Source: a virus
Taxonomy: Duplodnaviria > Caudoviricetes
Virus record (IMG/VR): IMGVR_UViG_3300012990_000005
Location: 1 to 46,803 of that record
Length of the DNA: 46,803 nucleotides
Reading direction: 5' to 3' (one strand)
Shown: piece after piece, positions 34,807-44,190 of the stretch
How positions within the stretch are numbered: the first letter of the stretch is position 1
Layout of the letters: each line of letters begins with the position of its first letter
Position numbers and translations under genes: made by a program
The notes under the pieces: model-generated
The model's database searches: none
What the model was told of the DNA's origin: nothing
Seen by the model: the letters and a program-made list of their open reading frames with translations, nothing else

Positions 34807-35520
34807 TTAGCCCTTAAAAAATCTTGGGTATCTTGCCTTCATCCTCTCCTCATATTCCTTCTGGGCATCCGAGTTTCCATTAGCATGAGCAGTCGATGTT
34901 CCTTGGCCCGGAAGGACTTCAGGCATCAGCATCTTACCGATTTCTTTAAGCATGAGGGCCAGATTCACGTCATACCCATACTCAGGAGATCCTAAAGTTT
35001 TTAGAAGTTCTTCATTCCCGAAAACCTCGACTGCCTTCTTGATGGCCGCGTATGATTCGACTTTCTTTTCCCCAGAAAATTCCGGATGCTCGTTTAACAT
35101 TTTCTTATTAAGCTCAATCTTCTGATTGTAGGCCGCTTCGATTTCACTCTTCCCTCTACTAAAGGCTGACTCTTGCTGCTTAACTAATGCCTGCGCTTCT
35201 TCTTTTGGAAGGTTATACTTAGATGCATAGTCCGCGATCTTCTGGATCTCATCATCCGTTAAAGGAGAATTTTCTTCGATCTCAAGATCATACTCAATGA
35301 CTTCTGGCTCTTTTGGAGTAACAGGAGGTACTTCAACAGGAGGAGTCACTGGCTCCGCAGGTGCAACAGGTGGCACTTCAACCGGAGGGGTTACAGGTTC
35401 CGAAGGAGGATTAGAAGTATTGGTCGCCGCTGAATCCACCGGAGGAGTCTGAGTCGTAAGCGTGTCCGGAGTGGAATTGCTCGAAGATGTCTGCGTCTGT
35501 TGGCTGTTTGGTGTCGTCAT
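34807..35520 (-). CDS. Capsid scaffolding protein
   Basis: Pro/Thr-rich N-terminus with two EPVTPPVEVPPV copies, helical core, directly upstream of the major capsid gene. Confidence 0.75.
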   Translation of the reverse strand: MTTPNSQQTQTSSSNSTPDTLTTQTPPVDSAATNTSNPPSEPVTPPVEVPPVAPAEPVTPPVEVPPVTPKEPEVIEYDLEIEENSPLTDDEIQKIADYASKYNLPKEEAQALVKQQESAFSRGKSEIEAAYNQKIELNKKMLNEHPEFSGEKKVESYAAIKKAVEVFGNEELLKTLGSPEYGYDVNLALMLKEIGKMLMPEVLPGQGTSTAHANGNSDAQKEYEERMKARYPRFFKG

Positions 35521-35788
35521 TCTGTATCCCCTTAGTTGCTTGGTTCTTTGCTTCTGTCATCATTTTAAAATATAAATCTTCTGAAGCATCAGTTGTTATG
35601 CCCGATAAGAAAAGACCAATCTGCCTTCTCCCCACCGACTTTAATATTTGATTAGTGTCACCTTCGAAATCGTGAAAGACTTTGCACTCACCGAGTAGTC
35701 GCCAAATAAATCGACGACCTTGTTCTGTAGACATAACCCAATAAACGTCATCACGTTCTTGGCGTTCTTTCTTTTCTAATTCACTCAT
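35411..35788 (-). CDS. BPP-1 Bbp19-like protein
   Basis: DVYWVMSTEQGRRFIWRLLGEC...GRRQIGL. Confidence 0.8.
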   Translation of the reverse strand: MSELEKKERQERDDVYWVMSTEQGRRFIWRLLGECKVFHDFEGDTNQILKSVGRRQIGLFLSGITTDASEDLYFKMMTEAKNQATKGIQNDDTKQPTDADIFEQFHSGHAYDSDSSGGFSGDQYF

Positions 35789-35802
35789 CCCCTCAAATCC
35801 CT

Positions 35803-37584
35803 TTATCCGTTAGAAGCTTCCATCCAAGTATCAAGTAAAGTTCCTTGGCCCGGTTCCGCTTGTGATAAATCCTTGGCAGTTTTCGCCGCCATGTTATCCA
35901 TTTGTAGTTGTTGCTGTGCTTGTTGTTTAGCTCTGATCTGTTGACGAATATCTTCAATCTCGTCTTCATCCCTAATAAGTTCTGGATCAACACCCAGATA
36001 CTCCATGTACTTACGAGCGAATTTCTCACCGTCAATAATGTTTATAAGCTCAGGCTGTTGAGTCGCTTGAGCAAAACTTGTGAGGAAGTTTGCACCTCTT
36101 TCCGCTGAAGACATCATCGAGGCCTTCGCTGCTTGAGCAAGGATAGAAATATATTCAATCTTAAATTGCTCACCCTCGATCTCTTTAGGCTTCTTAGGCA
36201 TTACCCCTGCCGCCTCGAGGATGATGTTAGCGTTCTCAATAAGCTTCGCGTTCTGGTCAAAATCAAGCTGCCCTAGAGCAGGAGAAACCATACTCATTCT
36301 TTCCGACGACTTCTCTTTAATTTCTTCAACCGATACGTGAGTCTTAGACTCCCCTCGAGAGAATTGTCTGAAGAGGTCAACGAAGAAAGCTTCTTCAACC
36401 GCCATCTGATATTCTTGAGAACATTGAATTAATTCATAAAGTTTTGGATCCATCTGGAACGCAGGCTTAAACCCTGCTAAAGCTCCGGCATCATCGACGT
36501 AAGTAATCCCGCCCGGAAGGATAGAAGATTGATGTCTACGTAAAGATGCGTGACCTACCATAGGTGGTTTTAAAAGTTTATTAACACCTTCAAGACGACC
36601 CTTCTCCATCTCGTTAATTGTCATGATGTCGCCTAAAGCAATCTCGCCCGGAGCATTACAGCCCCATGGTGAATTAGCTCTAACTTCCCATCTAGGAATA
36701 ATCACTGGAAAGTAATCATATCCGCTGACTTTAACAAAAGGTGAATTGGATTTAGTTCCAAACCCTACTTCACTTCTAAAACCTGTATTCGCTTGAGGAG
36801 GAAGATTACCTCCTTGCGTATGAACATAAGTATAGCAAACATATTTTTTATCTTCAGGACGAATAGACTTAGCCGCTTTTGCTGGCCAGTAGTCAGCATT
36901 GGCAACGATCACCTGAGATAGAACGCAAGTCTCTAAGTACCTTCCTGCCTTGTAATGATTCACTACCCACTCAGGGATACCTCCAAAATCAATGCCCGGA
37001 AGTTTCCCTTCGCCACGTTTACTAGCGTAGGTATCGACGATCTGTTTAACCGTCATCTGAATATCACGGTAGAACATATTAGGACTGCCTTCAGCATCGC
37101 AATCAAACCCATACGTACCCATAGCTAGATGGTAAAACCAAAAGCCATAACGGACGTTAGGAAGCATCAAATACGCCGATGTTGAGAATAAACCAACGTC
37201 AGCATAAGCAAGCGGAAGAACCCTGTATAAATTTCCAATTTGAAAATATGAAGTTACAATCTTATCTCGTTGGGAAAAATGCTTTCTCACCACTCCGATA
37301 TTATTCTTCGACTCATTATGAACCCCATGGAGAAACCACGGACGAGCTCTCGGAGTCGCACCATTAGACATACCTGAAGTAAATGTCCTAAGTGACAATC
37401 CGCCCTTATTCTTAATGATGTTTCGGATCATCCTATTCTTATCGCGGTCATCATCTGCCGACGACATAAGTTGATTAGGGGATATGAAATGAGCTAACCA
37501 TCGGAAGGTATCTGCCTTCTTAAGGTAGTTTTGTCTCATTATGTTTCGAAGGTACATGACCTCCGTTAAAGATAATCCGGCCAT
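35803..37584 (-). CDS. Portal protein (head-tail connector)
   Basis: GMSNGATPRARPWF, FPVIIPRWEV, PGEIALGDI, IEYISILAQA. Confidence 0.92.
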   Translation of the reverse strand: MAGLSLTEVMYLRNIMRQNYLKKADTFRWLAHFISPNQLMSSADDDRDKNRMIRNIIKNKGGLSLRTFTSGMSNGATPRARPWFLHGVHNESKNNIGVVRKHFSQRDKIVTSYFQIGNLYRVLPLAYADVGLFSTSAYLMLPNVRYGFWFYHLAMGTYGFDCDAEGSPNMFYRDIQMTVKQIVDTYASKRGEGKLPGIDFGGIPEWVVNHYKAGRYLETCVLSQVIVANADYWPAKAAKSIRPEDKKYVCYTYVHTQGGNLPPQANTGFRSEVGFGTKSNSPFVKVSGYDYFPVIIPRWEVRANSPWGCNAPGEIALGDIMTINEMEKGRLEGVNKLLKPPMVGHASLRRHQSSILPGGITYVDDAGALAGFKPAFQMDPKLYELIQCSQEYQMAVEEAFFVDLFRQFSRGESKTHVSVEEIKEKSSERMSMVSPALGQLDFDQNAKLIENANIILEAAGVMPKKPKEIEGEQFKIEYISILAQAAKASMMSSAERGANFLTSFAQATQQPELINIIDGEKFARKYMEYLGVDPELIRDEDEIEDIRQQIRAKQQAQQQLQMDNMAAKTAKDLSQAEPGQGTLLDTWMEASNG

Positions 37585-37596
37585 GGTAAGCCCCTT

Positions 37597-37986
37597 TTAT
37601 TTTTGCTTAACCTTAACCGCACGCTTTCTCTTCTGATTAGCTTGCTGAAATTGTTCTACATAGCCTTGATATTTTGCAGGATCATTCCCTACGTTTGCCC
37701 AAGTTTGAGCACTCATCGGCTCATTAATATCTACAGGAGCTTCAGGAGCTTTCATCGGTTTAGGCTTAATCGCCTTAACTTTCTGAACCATTTCGTTTCT
37801 TCTTTGTGCCATCTCAGCAGCATCACGATCTTGTGAAAGTGAACCAATATTAGATCCAAGACTGCCCGGCGAATAAATACTTTTTCCGGCATCAATCCCT
37901 GCAAGACTGCCCGGCGAATACATTCCCTCTCCTGCATTTGACAAAGGTGATTTCTTCTGAACAACTTTTTTAACTTTCTTCGCCAT
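37597..37986 (-). CDS. Hypothetical protein with an internal YSPGSL repeat
   Basis: AAGGA RBS; 19-nt direct repeat at 37857-37875 and 37902-37920. Confidence 0.7.
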   Translation of the reverse strand: MAKKVKKVVQKKSPLSNAGEGMYSPGSLAGIDAGKSIYSPGSLGSNIGSLSQDRDAAEMAQRRNEMVQKVKAIKPKPMKAPEAPVDINEPMSAQTWANVGNDPAKYQGYVEQFQQANQKRKRAVKVKQK

Positions 37987-37998
37987 ATAATTTATCCT

Positions 37999-38400
37999 TT
38001 AAAATGTTCCTGATGATGTAATGTTAGAGCCTATAGTCCCTTCACCCATACCCGTACCGACCATGCCCGGCGCATCGTTTCTCTTACCGCCATTCATCGC
38101 CGCCGCATAAGCTAGATTATCTGCTTGCCCCTTAGCACCCATCTCTTTAATGATAGAGTCTCTACGAGCTTTCTCTGCTTCCTGTCTAGCAAACTTAAGA
38201 TCTTCCTGCGCCTGATCTCGGTTAGCTGCTTGATCTCCAAGAGAATAACCCATAGACGCGCCAATAGCTGCGCCCTTCGCTGCTGCTAAAGGGTTACCTC
38301 CGCCCAGAAAAAACCCTGCCGTAGCTCCGGCAGCCGCTCCGCCGAACCTATACGCGTTCTGCTTATCCTTCGATCCTAAAGTTATCCTAACTAAGGCCAT
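37999..38400 (-). CDS. Glycine-zipper protein, probable small virion protein
   Basis: GGAAAGATAGFFLGGG..GAAIGASMG; lies between TerL and the portal. Confidence 0.7.
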   Translation of the reverse strand: MALVRITLGSKDKQNAYRFGGAAAGATAGFFLGGGNPLAAAKGAAIGASMGYSLGDQAANRDQAQEDLKFARQEAEKARRDSIIKEMGAKGQADNLAYAAAMNGGKRNDAPGMVGTGMGEGTIGSNITSSGTF

Positions 38401-38408
38401 AGACTCTC

Positions 38409-40010
38409 CTAACTTAAATGATTAGATTGTCGACGGTACTTGTCAAGCTGAGAATCATCGGCTAAGTGACTTTGTTGATGCCTCGCTTTCCACTTCTCCA
38501 TAAACTCCACGTCCGATAACTTACTATCAGCATCGTAGTTTTGAAACTGAGCACTCGACGAAAAATCCTCAACATCATGGAATGTCTGAGACAAAGCATC
38601 CGCCCTATCCGGCGACCTTCCCAATCTCTTCTTAATATTTTCCTTCGGCTCAAGCTGAAACTTACCACCCGTAAAATAAAGAATCGGCATCATGAGCTCT
38701 TGCGCTAACATCGGGTCATTAGGAATCTTACCTCCACCACGAACCCAATCCCTCATCCGAACCCAATTCTCCGTCCGCTTATTCGCATATAAATTTTTCT
38801 GGTGGGCCGACGCGTTATACATAACCGACACACAATCAATTGAATTAAAAGTCGTAAGGTGATCATAAACCGATGAACCATATCCACCCGTCCCATCCAC
38901 ATACACGCGCTCAACCCCCTCATCCCTTGCATAGAACATCGCCTTACTCGCAAGCTGCGCGCCGAACACGTCCGAACTCACAATCTCATAAGGATAAGCA
39001 ATCTTTCCGCGCCGCTTGAAGAAGACGGTACTATCCGCACCACCTCGAGAGACATCGATTCCTAGCCTACACTGAAAAGACTTCTGCGTTTCAGGATCTA
39101 TCTCTCTCCTCATCGCATCGGCTATCTCCATTTCAGATAAAAGCAATTGATCTGAAGTTCTCGGATACTTACCAAAGACGTTAATCTGAACCCATGGATG
39201 ATCCTCACCATACGTTTTAATCTGCTCCAATGCCCATTTAACCGACACACGCTTGGCTCGCTTAGGATCATTCGGATCAGATGTCACGTTATGAACTTTC
39301 CACTCCTGCTCGGTTTGCCCGAGACTGGCTCGGTAAATCATCCCTGCCGGTCGCTCCGGGTTAGCAGTCACTAGGATCCGACCCTTCTTAGTATCAGAAT
39401 CTCCGGTCGATAACGCCGCATCGGCAGTCGCTAAAACCGCATCAGGTATCATCCCTGCTTCATCGATAAAGAAAGCTACGTTATTAGCATGAAGCCCTGC
39501 AAGGGCTGATGCCATCTGCGACTCATCAGCTTCTTTCGGATAGCTTCGTGCTGAAATAAATGAATACTGCTCATGACCCTTAAGACCAATCTTCGACGAC
39601 CCATCGGTAATCGAAGCAATGAGGGTCGGTGAGCGTGATCGCCACAAAAGCATCTCCGCCCAAAGGTTATCCTTCAAGTGATCACCTGTAATTGAGAGCG
39701 CGGCGCACTTCGGTAAATGGTGCGTACAAAGGAAATGCAGAGCAGAAATCGCAAGTAACATTGTCTTTCCCGGTCCCTTTGACGCGACCGTAGCAACGCG
39801 GTTGTATTTACAATAAGACTCCGTAACTTCCCTCTGCCAATCATCCAAGATCACATCGAACTGATCCTCGTAAAATATCCAAGGACGCTCACGCCAAAGC
39901 TTAATCAACTTATCCGGCTGCGCCGACAATGGCCTATCCTTGAGTCTCTGAATGTTCGGTGCTTGCGGAACCCAGATATTAGGATTCGATGGCAGAGGAG
40001 GTAAACTCAT
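38409..40010 (-). CDS. terL: Terminase large subunit
   Basis: SKGPGKT Walker A, FFIDEAG Walker B, ANP coupling motif, GIDVSRGGADST nuclease, RSPDRADAL. Confidence 0.95.
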   Translation of the reverse strand: MSLPPLPSNPNIWVPQAPNIQRLKDRPLSAQPDKLIKLWRERPWIFYEDQFDVILDDWQREVTESYCKYNRVATVASKGPGKTMLLAISALHFLCTHHLPKCAALSITGDHLKDNLWAEMLLWRSRSPTLIASITDGSSKIGLKGHEQYSFISARSYPKEADESQMASALAGLHANNVAFFIDEAGMIPDAVLATADAALSTGDSDTKKGRILVTANPERPAGMIYRASLGQTEQEWKVHNVTSDPNDPKRAKRVSVKWALEQIKTYGEDHPWVQINVFGKYPRTSDQLLLSEMEIADAMRREIDPETQKSFQCRLGIDVSRGGADSTVFFKRRGKIAYPYEIVSSDVFGAQLASKAMFYARDEGVERVYVDGTGGYGSSVYDHLTTFNSIDCVSVMYNASAHQKNLYANKRTENWVRMRDWVRGGGKIPNDPMLAQELMMPILYFTGGKFQLEPKENIKKRLGRSPDRADALSQTFHDVEDFSSSAQFQNYDADSKLSDVEFMEKWKARHQQSHLADDSQLDKYRRQSNHLS

Positions 40011-40213
40011 CTAACCCTTTCCGGTAAAAGAGTCCTACCATCTCGATGATAAAGCGAATTATGTTTCCACTTCCTCGGAGTATGCGAATACTTCTCATTC
40101 GCCTCCCGATACTCAACGTACTTTCGGATAATCTCCTTGATCTCTGAAACTGTATGACCTCGATCTTGTGAACGCGTATGCTCCTCAAGCTCGTTTATCG
40201 CCTTAATACTCAT
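40007..40213 (-). CDS. Hypothetical protein
   Basis: Stop/start-coupled to both TerS and TerL. Confidence 0.65.
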   Translation of the reverse strand: MSIKAINELEEHTRSQDRGHTVSEIKEIIRKYVEYREANEKYSHTPRKWKHNSLYHRDGRTLLPERVR

Positions 40214-40797
40214 AAATATTTCCCCTCTAAACTATCTTCGGTAGGTTCTGGTGGATTAAGCTTCGCCAGCTCCTTAAGCTCTCGATACTCAGCTTCAATC
40301 TCATCCACCGACTCTACGACCTTATAAGATTTCGTAACAAGATCAGTAAGCGTCACATTCCCATTTATATTCACGTTCTCTACAAAGTCGCCTTCTGACT
40401 TACCTAAAAGCTCTAGGGCCTTTAAACGGTTTGCTAGAGGAATATTTGGCACAGGTAAAGGAATCCCATTAGAGTCAGTCTCTTCCTTGTAATGAGGATC
40501 TTCGTTACGCATGAAGCTAGTAAGAAGTGCCTGACGCTCCTCCCTGTCTGCGATTATCTTGAGCGTCTTTGCCTTGTAACGAGATCGCTCCTTGATAGCT
40601 TCGACGATCAGAGGGTTCGCTAAAAGCTCCTCACCTTTCTCCTGAAGATAGTTAGGCGCACCCTTAAATCCTGCTGCTAACATGGCAGTAATAACATCAC
40701 CTTCATAGGCCTCAACGAAATGCCTATGCTTAGGCGTTAAAGTGTTAAGGGTTGTTGGAGCATTGTTCTTAATAAACACGTCTTGACCTCTTATCAT
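40210..40797 (-). CDS. terS: Terminase small subunit; ends SLEGKYL
   Basis: LTPKHRHFVEAY...AMLAAGF...LLANPLI...RLKALELLGK; start could be GTG 40806. Confidence 0.88.
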   Translation of the reverse strand: MIRGQDVFIKNNAPTTLNTLTPKHRHFVEAYEGDVITAMLAAGFKGAPNYLQEKGEELLANPLIVEAIKERSRYKAKTLKIIADREERQALLTSFMRNEDPHYKEETDSNGIPLPVPNIPLANRLKALELLGKSEGDFVENVNINGNVTLTDLVTKSYKVVESVDEIEAEYRELKELAKLNPPEPTEDSLEGKYL

Positions 40798-40954
40798 TCG
40801 GGTCACGAGGTTTATAGCCGCGCTCGTCGAGCTTACGCTTGATCGCCGACATCATCTTTCTTTCGAAATCAGATAGCTCGTCTTTTGTGATTAAAGCGCG
40901 ATACTTAGCAACTAATACGTAGGTACTCTCTTCCTCACCGACTTGTTTCCGCAT
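40769..40954 (-). CDS. Small basic hypothetical protein
   Basis: GAGGGG RBS; first gene of the late operon. Confidence 0.65.
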   Translation of the reverse strand: MRKQVGEEESTYVLVAKYRALITKDELSDFERKMMSAIKRKLDERGYKPRDPNDKRSRRVY

Positions 40955-40983
40955 CTTACCCCTCGAAGGTTAATGTTTCCTTA

Positions 40984-41013
40984 AGTCTCCGACTTTTAGA
41001 GTAAGAGTGTCAA
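40984..41013 (-). promoter_or_regulatory. Putative late-operon promoter
   Basis: TTGACA(41013-41008)-N18-GAGACT; weak -10. Confidence 0.4.
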
Positions 41014-41297
41014 GCTTTTGGTGAGCGTAGTGTACTGCCTTCGTCAAATACTTTTTTGAAATTTTTTAGGGTACCCCTATTGGTCGTCTTAGAATATACG
41101 CACGTCATGTTTTTAGAAATCGGTACGGATATAAAGGTATTACGATGCAGTGGGTCAGATATGCTCTAAAATTTTCGGAGGGTGGTATACCCCACGGCCG
41201 CCACGGCGAAAAGGGGGAAGCCACCTCCACACGCACGCATTTGCCCTTAAAAAGCGTTTTGACCCTTGACCCTTGATTACCCTAGCTACCACCACTC

Positions 41298-41790
41298 TCC
41301 GAACGCAACGAACGCCAAGCCCGAACGCATCCACCCCATAACCACTACGACCTTTACACTCGCCACGCTCGGAACGCTTCCGCCTCGGAGAGTCTCCACG
41401 CTCGGAACGCTCGGAACGCTCGCCACGCGCTTCCTATCCACCTTCCAAACGCAGGACGCACGCCACGCTCGGAACGCGCAAAGAGCATAGCGACCAATGG
41501 ACGTACTGCACCGTAATGCACCACCTCGCCCCTCGACAATTGTGGTTAGCGGAACGCTTGTAAGTCGGAGAGTCGGAGCGCAGTAGGGTACTGAATCGGA
41601 ACGCGGAAAGTTTTAGAAGTCGAAAAGTTCGGGAGGATCGAAGAAAGCCACTACTAGGAATCGCCAAACGCATATATAATATTTTTTGACGCATAACGTA
41701 TCATATAGTAGGTACGTATATTATATTTTTATATACTAATATAGTAAAATAGAGTAATGGTATAAAAAACTTAAAAATTTACCCTTTTCC
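41298..41790. repeat. GAACGC / CCACGCTCGGAACGC repeat cluster followed by an AT-rich tract (origin or packaging region)
   Basis: The 15-mer occurs at 41363, 41396 and 41463, with further GAACGC cores near 41301, 41310, 41323, 41414, 41552 and 41599; AT-rich at about 41670-41790. Confidence 0.75.
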
Positions 41791-42009
41791 CGAACGTAAA
41801 GAACTACTTGCGCATAGGTGGTAATCGACTCGCTTATATCGTAGAGCAACCAAGTCATTTTAAACAAATTATACACTAAGGATCATACCGACTAGAGATT
41901 ATTAAAATATTTTAATTTAACGCAATCGACCAACGCGCTTGCTTCATGATAGGAACGAGACCGTATCAACCTACGATCATATAAACTTTTCACTACCGAA
42001 TTTTCACTA

Positions 42010-42039
42010 TTGACAGTATCACAGTACCTAGTCTATGCT
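42010..42039 (+). promoter_or_regulatory. Early sigma70-like promoter
   Basis: TTGACA-N18-TATGCT, followed by a cccga/tcggg leader hairpin and the RBS of ORF 42083. Confidence 0.7.
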
Positions 42040-42082
42040 TACTAGACCCGATTAAGTCGGGCACAATCGAGGGATAAAAGCT

Positions 42083-42349
42083 ATGGCAAAGAAGTACAAA
42101 TCGACGTACCAAAAGACTCCGAATGTCTCCAAGTTCACTACGACCTTACTGCGCGCCATTCTCAATGACCCCTACACTAGAGGCATCGACGGGCATGATT
42201 ATGAACCAATGCGTCACGAACTCGAAGAGGAACTCAGGAAGCGCGAGCATAAAGAGCATGAAGAACTCATGAAGCGTCACGAAAAAGAGCAGAAAGAATA
42301 TTTCAAATACCTTGCGACTTCACACAAGCGCAAAACAACAAAGGAGTAA
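42083..42349 (+). CDS. Hypothetical early protein
   Basis: GAGGG RBS; charged helical 88 aa. Confidence 0.75.
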   Translation: MAKKYKSTYQKTPNVSKFTTTLLRAILNDPYTRGIDGHDYEPMRHELEEELRKREHKEHEELMKRHEKEQKEYFKYLATSHKRKTTKE

Positions 42350-42355
42350 GAACCA

Positions 42356-42436
42356 ATGAACTCAAACGACCTTTATCAACTAGCAATATTATTAATCGCG
42401 TTTTCAGGCGCGACCATGTACCTCAAATTCAACTAG
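42356..42436 (+). CDS. 26-aa single-TM peptide
   Basis: AAGGAG RBS; MNSNDLYQLAILLIAFSGATMYLKFN. Confidence 0.55.
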   Translation: MNSNDLYQLAILLIAFSGATMYLKFN

Positions 42437-42448
42437 GAGAACCAAACC

Positions 42449-42790
42449 ATGAGAGATTTTATTAACCACGTTATGACGACCTTTAAAACTTCAGGACTTC
42501 CACTCAAAGAACTTGCCCACACCACAGGCATACAAGAAACTCGATGCCATCGATTGCGCCATGGACTTGAACCCAAGGCAACCGAGATCATCAAAATAGC
42601 CGAAGGATTTAACCTAACAGTCGAAGACTTCCTACAAGTTCAAATTCAACAGGAGAAAGAAAAGGCACGCCTAGAAGCTTTTAAGGAAGTCTACGAACAA
42701 GCAGAAATCAAGATAGCCCAAAAGTACGGTATCACACCTGAACTCATGGACTGGAGGCTTTCCGACCCTAAATTTAATAAAGCCATTTAA
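42449..42790 (+). CDS. XRE-like HTH protein
   Basis: GLPLKELAHTTGIQETRCHRLRHGLEPKATEIIKIAEGFNLTVEDF. Confidence 0.8.
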   Translation: MRDFINHVMTTFKTSGLPLKELAHTTGIQETRCHRLRHGLEPKATEIIKIAEGFNLTVEDFLQVQIQQEKEKARLEAFKEVYEQAEIKIAQKYGITPELMDWRLSDPKFNKAI

Positions 42791-42832
42791 CCACAAAAGA
42801 GCATACCAACCAACTAACACGGAGTAACAAAA

Positions 42833-43273
42833 ATGACCACTAAGACAAAACCCAAGACCCTAACGACCCGAGAAGAAATCAATCTTTCAAGTGAGATCTT
42901 CCCTACCTATAAGAGTCAATCCACCGGAAGCGATAACTACACGCGCCTAAGCCCATTTGTCCGCGACCTCATCGGGACAAGCGGAGTCATACACATGGCG
43001 GAAGAACTTGTCGCGCACTGGTTCACTGACATCGTAGCAAGCTATATGACTGCCATAAAGCGCATAAATGCACGCGACCCAGAACAATCTTTCTTCGTTG
43101 CTAGAATCTCTCTACTCGAAGATAGCAAGGCACTATTTACCCTAGACGATGGCAACGAGGCAGAAGTTCTTATCAAGCAAGAAATCCCCTACACCGACCT
43201 GAAAATGAATCTCAAGACATATCTACAATTCGACGGACAATATTGGTTTCTGATGATGCCAAGTGAATACTAG
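42833..43273 (+). CDS. DUF6876-like protein
   Basis: TSGVIHMAE..AHWFTDIVAS...DDGN...QEIPYTD...MMPSEY. Confidence 0.75.
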   Translation: MTTKTKPKTLTTREEINLSSEIFPTYKSQSTGSDNYTRLSPFVRDLIGTSGVIHMAEELVAHWFTDIVASYMTAIKRINARDPEQSFFVARISLLEDSKALFTLDDGNEAEVLIKQEIPYTDLKMNLKTYLQFDGQYWFLMMPSEY

Positions 43274-43284
43274 GAGGAACAACC

Positions 43285-43638
43285 ATGATTCACATTAATG
43301 TTTATAAATCAACCGAACTCGACGACTACGAAAAAGGATGCCTTGACGGAACGGACTTAGGATTGATTGACACCATGAAGGCAAAAACCATGAAGGAAGC
43401 ACTAAAAAAGATTGAAGAATATTATGGGAAGCCCTACATATTCGACGACCGATTGGAATTTGATAGGACTGAAAACTTGGACGGAGAGAAGCCTACCAAG
43501 GCACAGAATGAAGCATGGACTAATGGAGACTGTGAACTTTACCTAGCCCGATATTCTTTCTACCTAACGGAAGTTACTACCAGAGAAATTAAGCACAACG
43601 AACTCAAAGAAACCTTTTCAAACTTGGAGGAGTATTAA
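43285..43638 (+). CDS. Hypothetical early protein
   Basis: AGGAGG RBS; acidic 117 aa. Confidence 0.8.
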   Translation: MIHINVYKSTELDDYEKGCLDGTDLGLIDTMKAKTMKEALKKIEEYYGKPYIFDDRLEFDRTENLDGEKPTKAQNEAWTNGDCELYLARYSFYLTEVTTREIKHNELKETFSNLEEY

Positions 43639-43639
43639 C

Positions 43640-43840
43640 ATGAGAATCTTATACACGTTCCAGAAACTCTCAGAAACATCAAAGATGAAGGTTTGCTATG
43701 ACTACGCTATGGGATGGAAAGAAACCCATGAAGACGAGGATTTAAGTTATCAGGAGATATTTGAAATTCTTAAAAACAGTGATGACCTTTACGACTATTC
43801 AGGTGAATTAGTAGGTTCACCATTTGGAGTAGGAATATGA
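43640..43840 (+). CDS. Hypothetical early protein
   Basis: GGAGGAG RBS. Confidence 0.75.
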   Translation: MRILYTFQKLSETSKMKVCYDYAMGWKETHEDEDLSYQEIFEILKNSDDLYDYSGELVGSPFGVGI

Positions 43841-44067
43841 AAAAGAAATTTGAACTCGAAGACGAATTCGACAACGAAGAGTTAAACCACTTCACTCACT
43901 ACGACTATTTACTTCAAACGATTGATAATGGTCAGAGAGGCGCGCTTAAGGAAGCATTGAAAGCTATCAGTAACAAGTCGTTGATTCACTTCCTTAAGAT
44001 CATGCCTAAGTGGGATTCATTCGCAGACATTGTAATTTGTGAAATGCTTGAAAGGATGGATAAATAA
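43837..44067 (+). CDS. Hypothetical early protein
   Basis: ATGA-coupled ORF. Confidence 0.75.
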   Translation: MKKKFELEDEFDNEELNHFTHYDYLLQTIDNGQRGALKEALKAISNKSLIHFLKIMPKWDSFADIVICEMLERMDK

Positions 44068-44190
44068 TTCTAAAGCGAAAAATGTATAACAACCATGGAG
44101 AATGTCCTTGATTGACAGGAAAATTAAGGGCATTTCTTCTCTTACTCTCCCTCAAAGATTTAATCTTTTCGGGCATTAAAAGGAAAGACA

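Noticed and set aside
1139-40188. Many alternate-frame and antisense ORFs in the track (e.g. 1139-1492, 4551-5012, 9209-9745, 12069-12554, 12334-12807, 34308-34670, 35793-36035)
   Set aside because: They are nested in well-supported genes and show no recognisable motifs; treated as shadow ORFs.
41298-41610. CRISPR or mini-array
   Set aside because: Repeats are 6-17 nt with irregular spacing and no uniform spacers; there is no cas operon, and DUF2800 is a replication-module nuclease.
41266-41694. ORFs in the repeat region (41266-41490, 41354-41539, 41434-41694)
   Set aside because: Their low-complexity translations simply mirror the DNA repeats, and I saw no convincing RBS.
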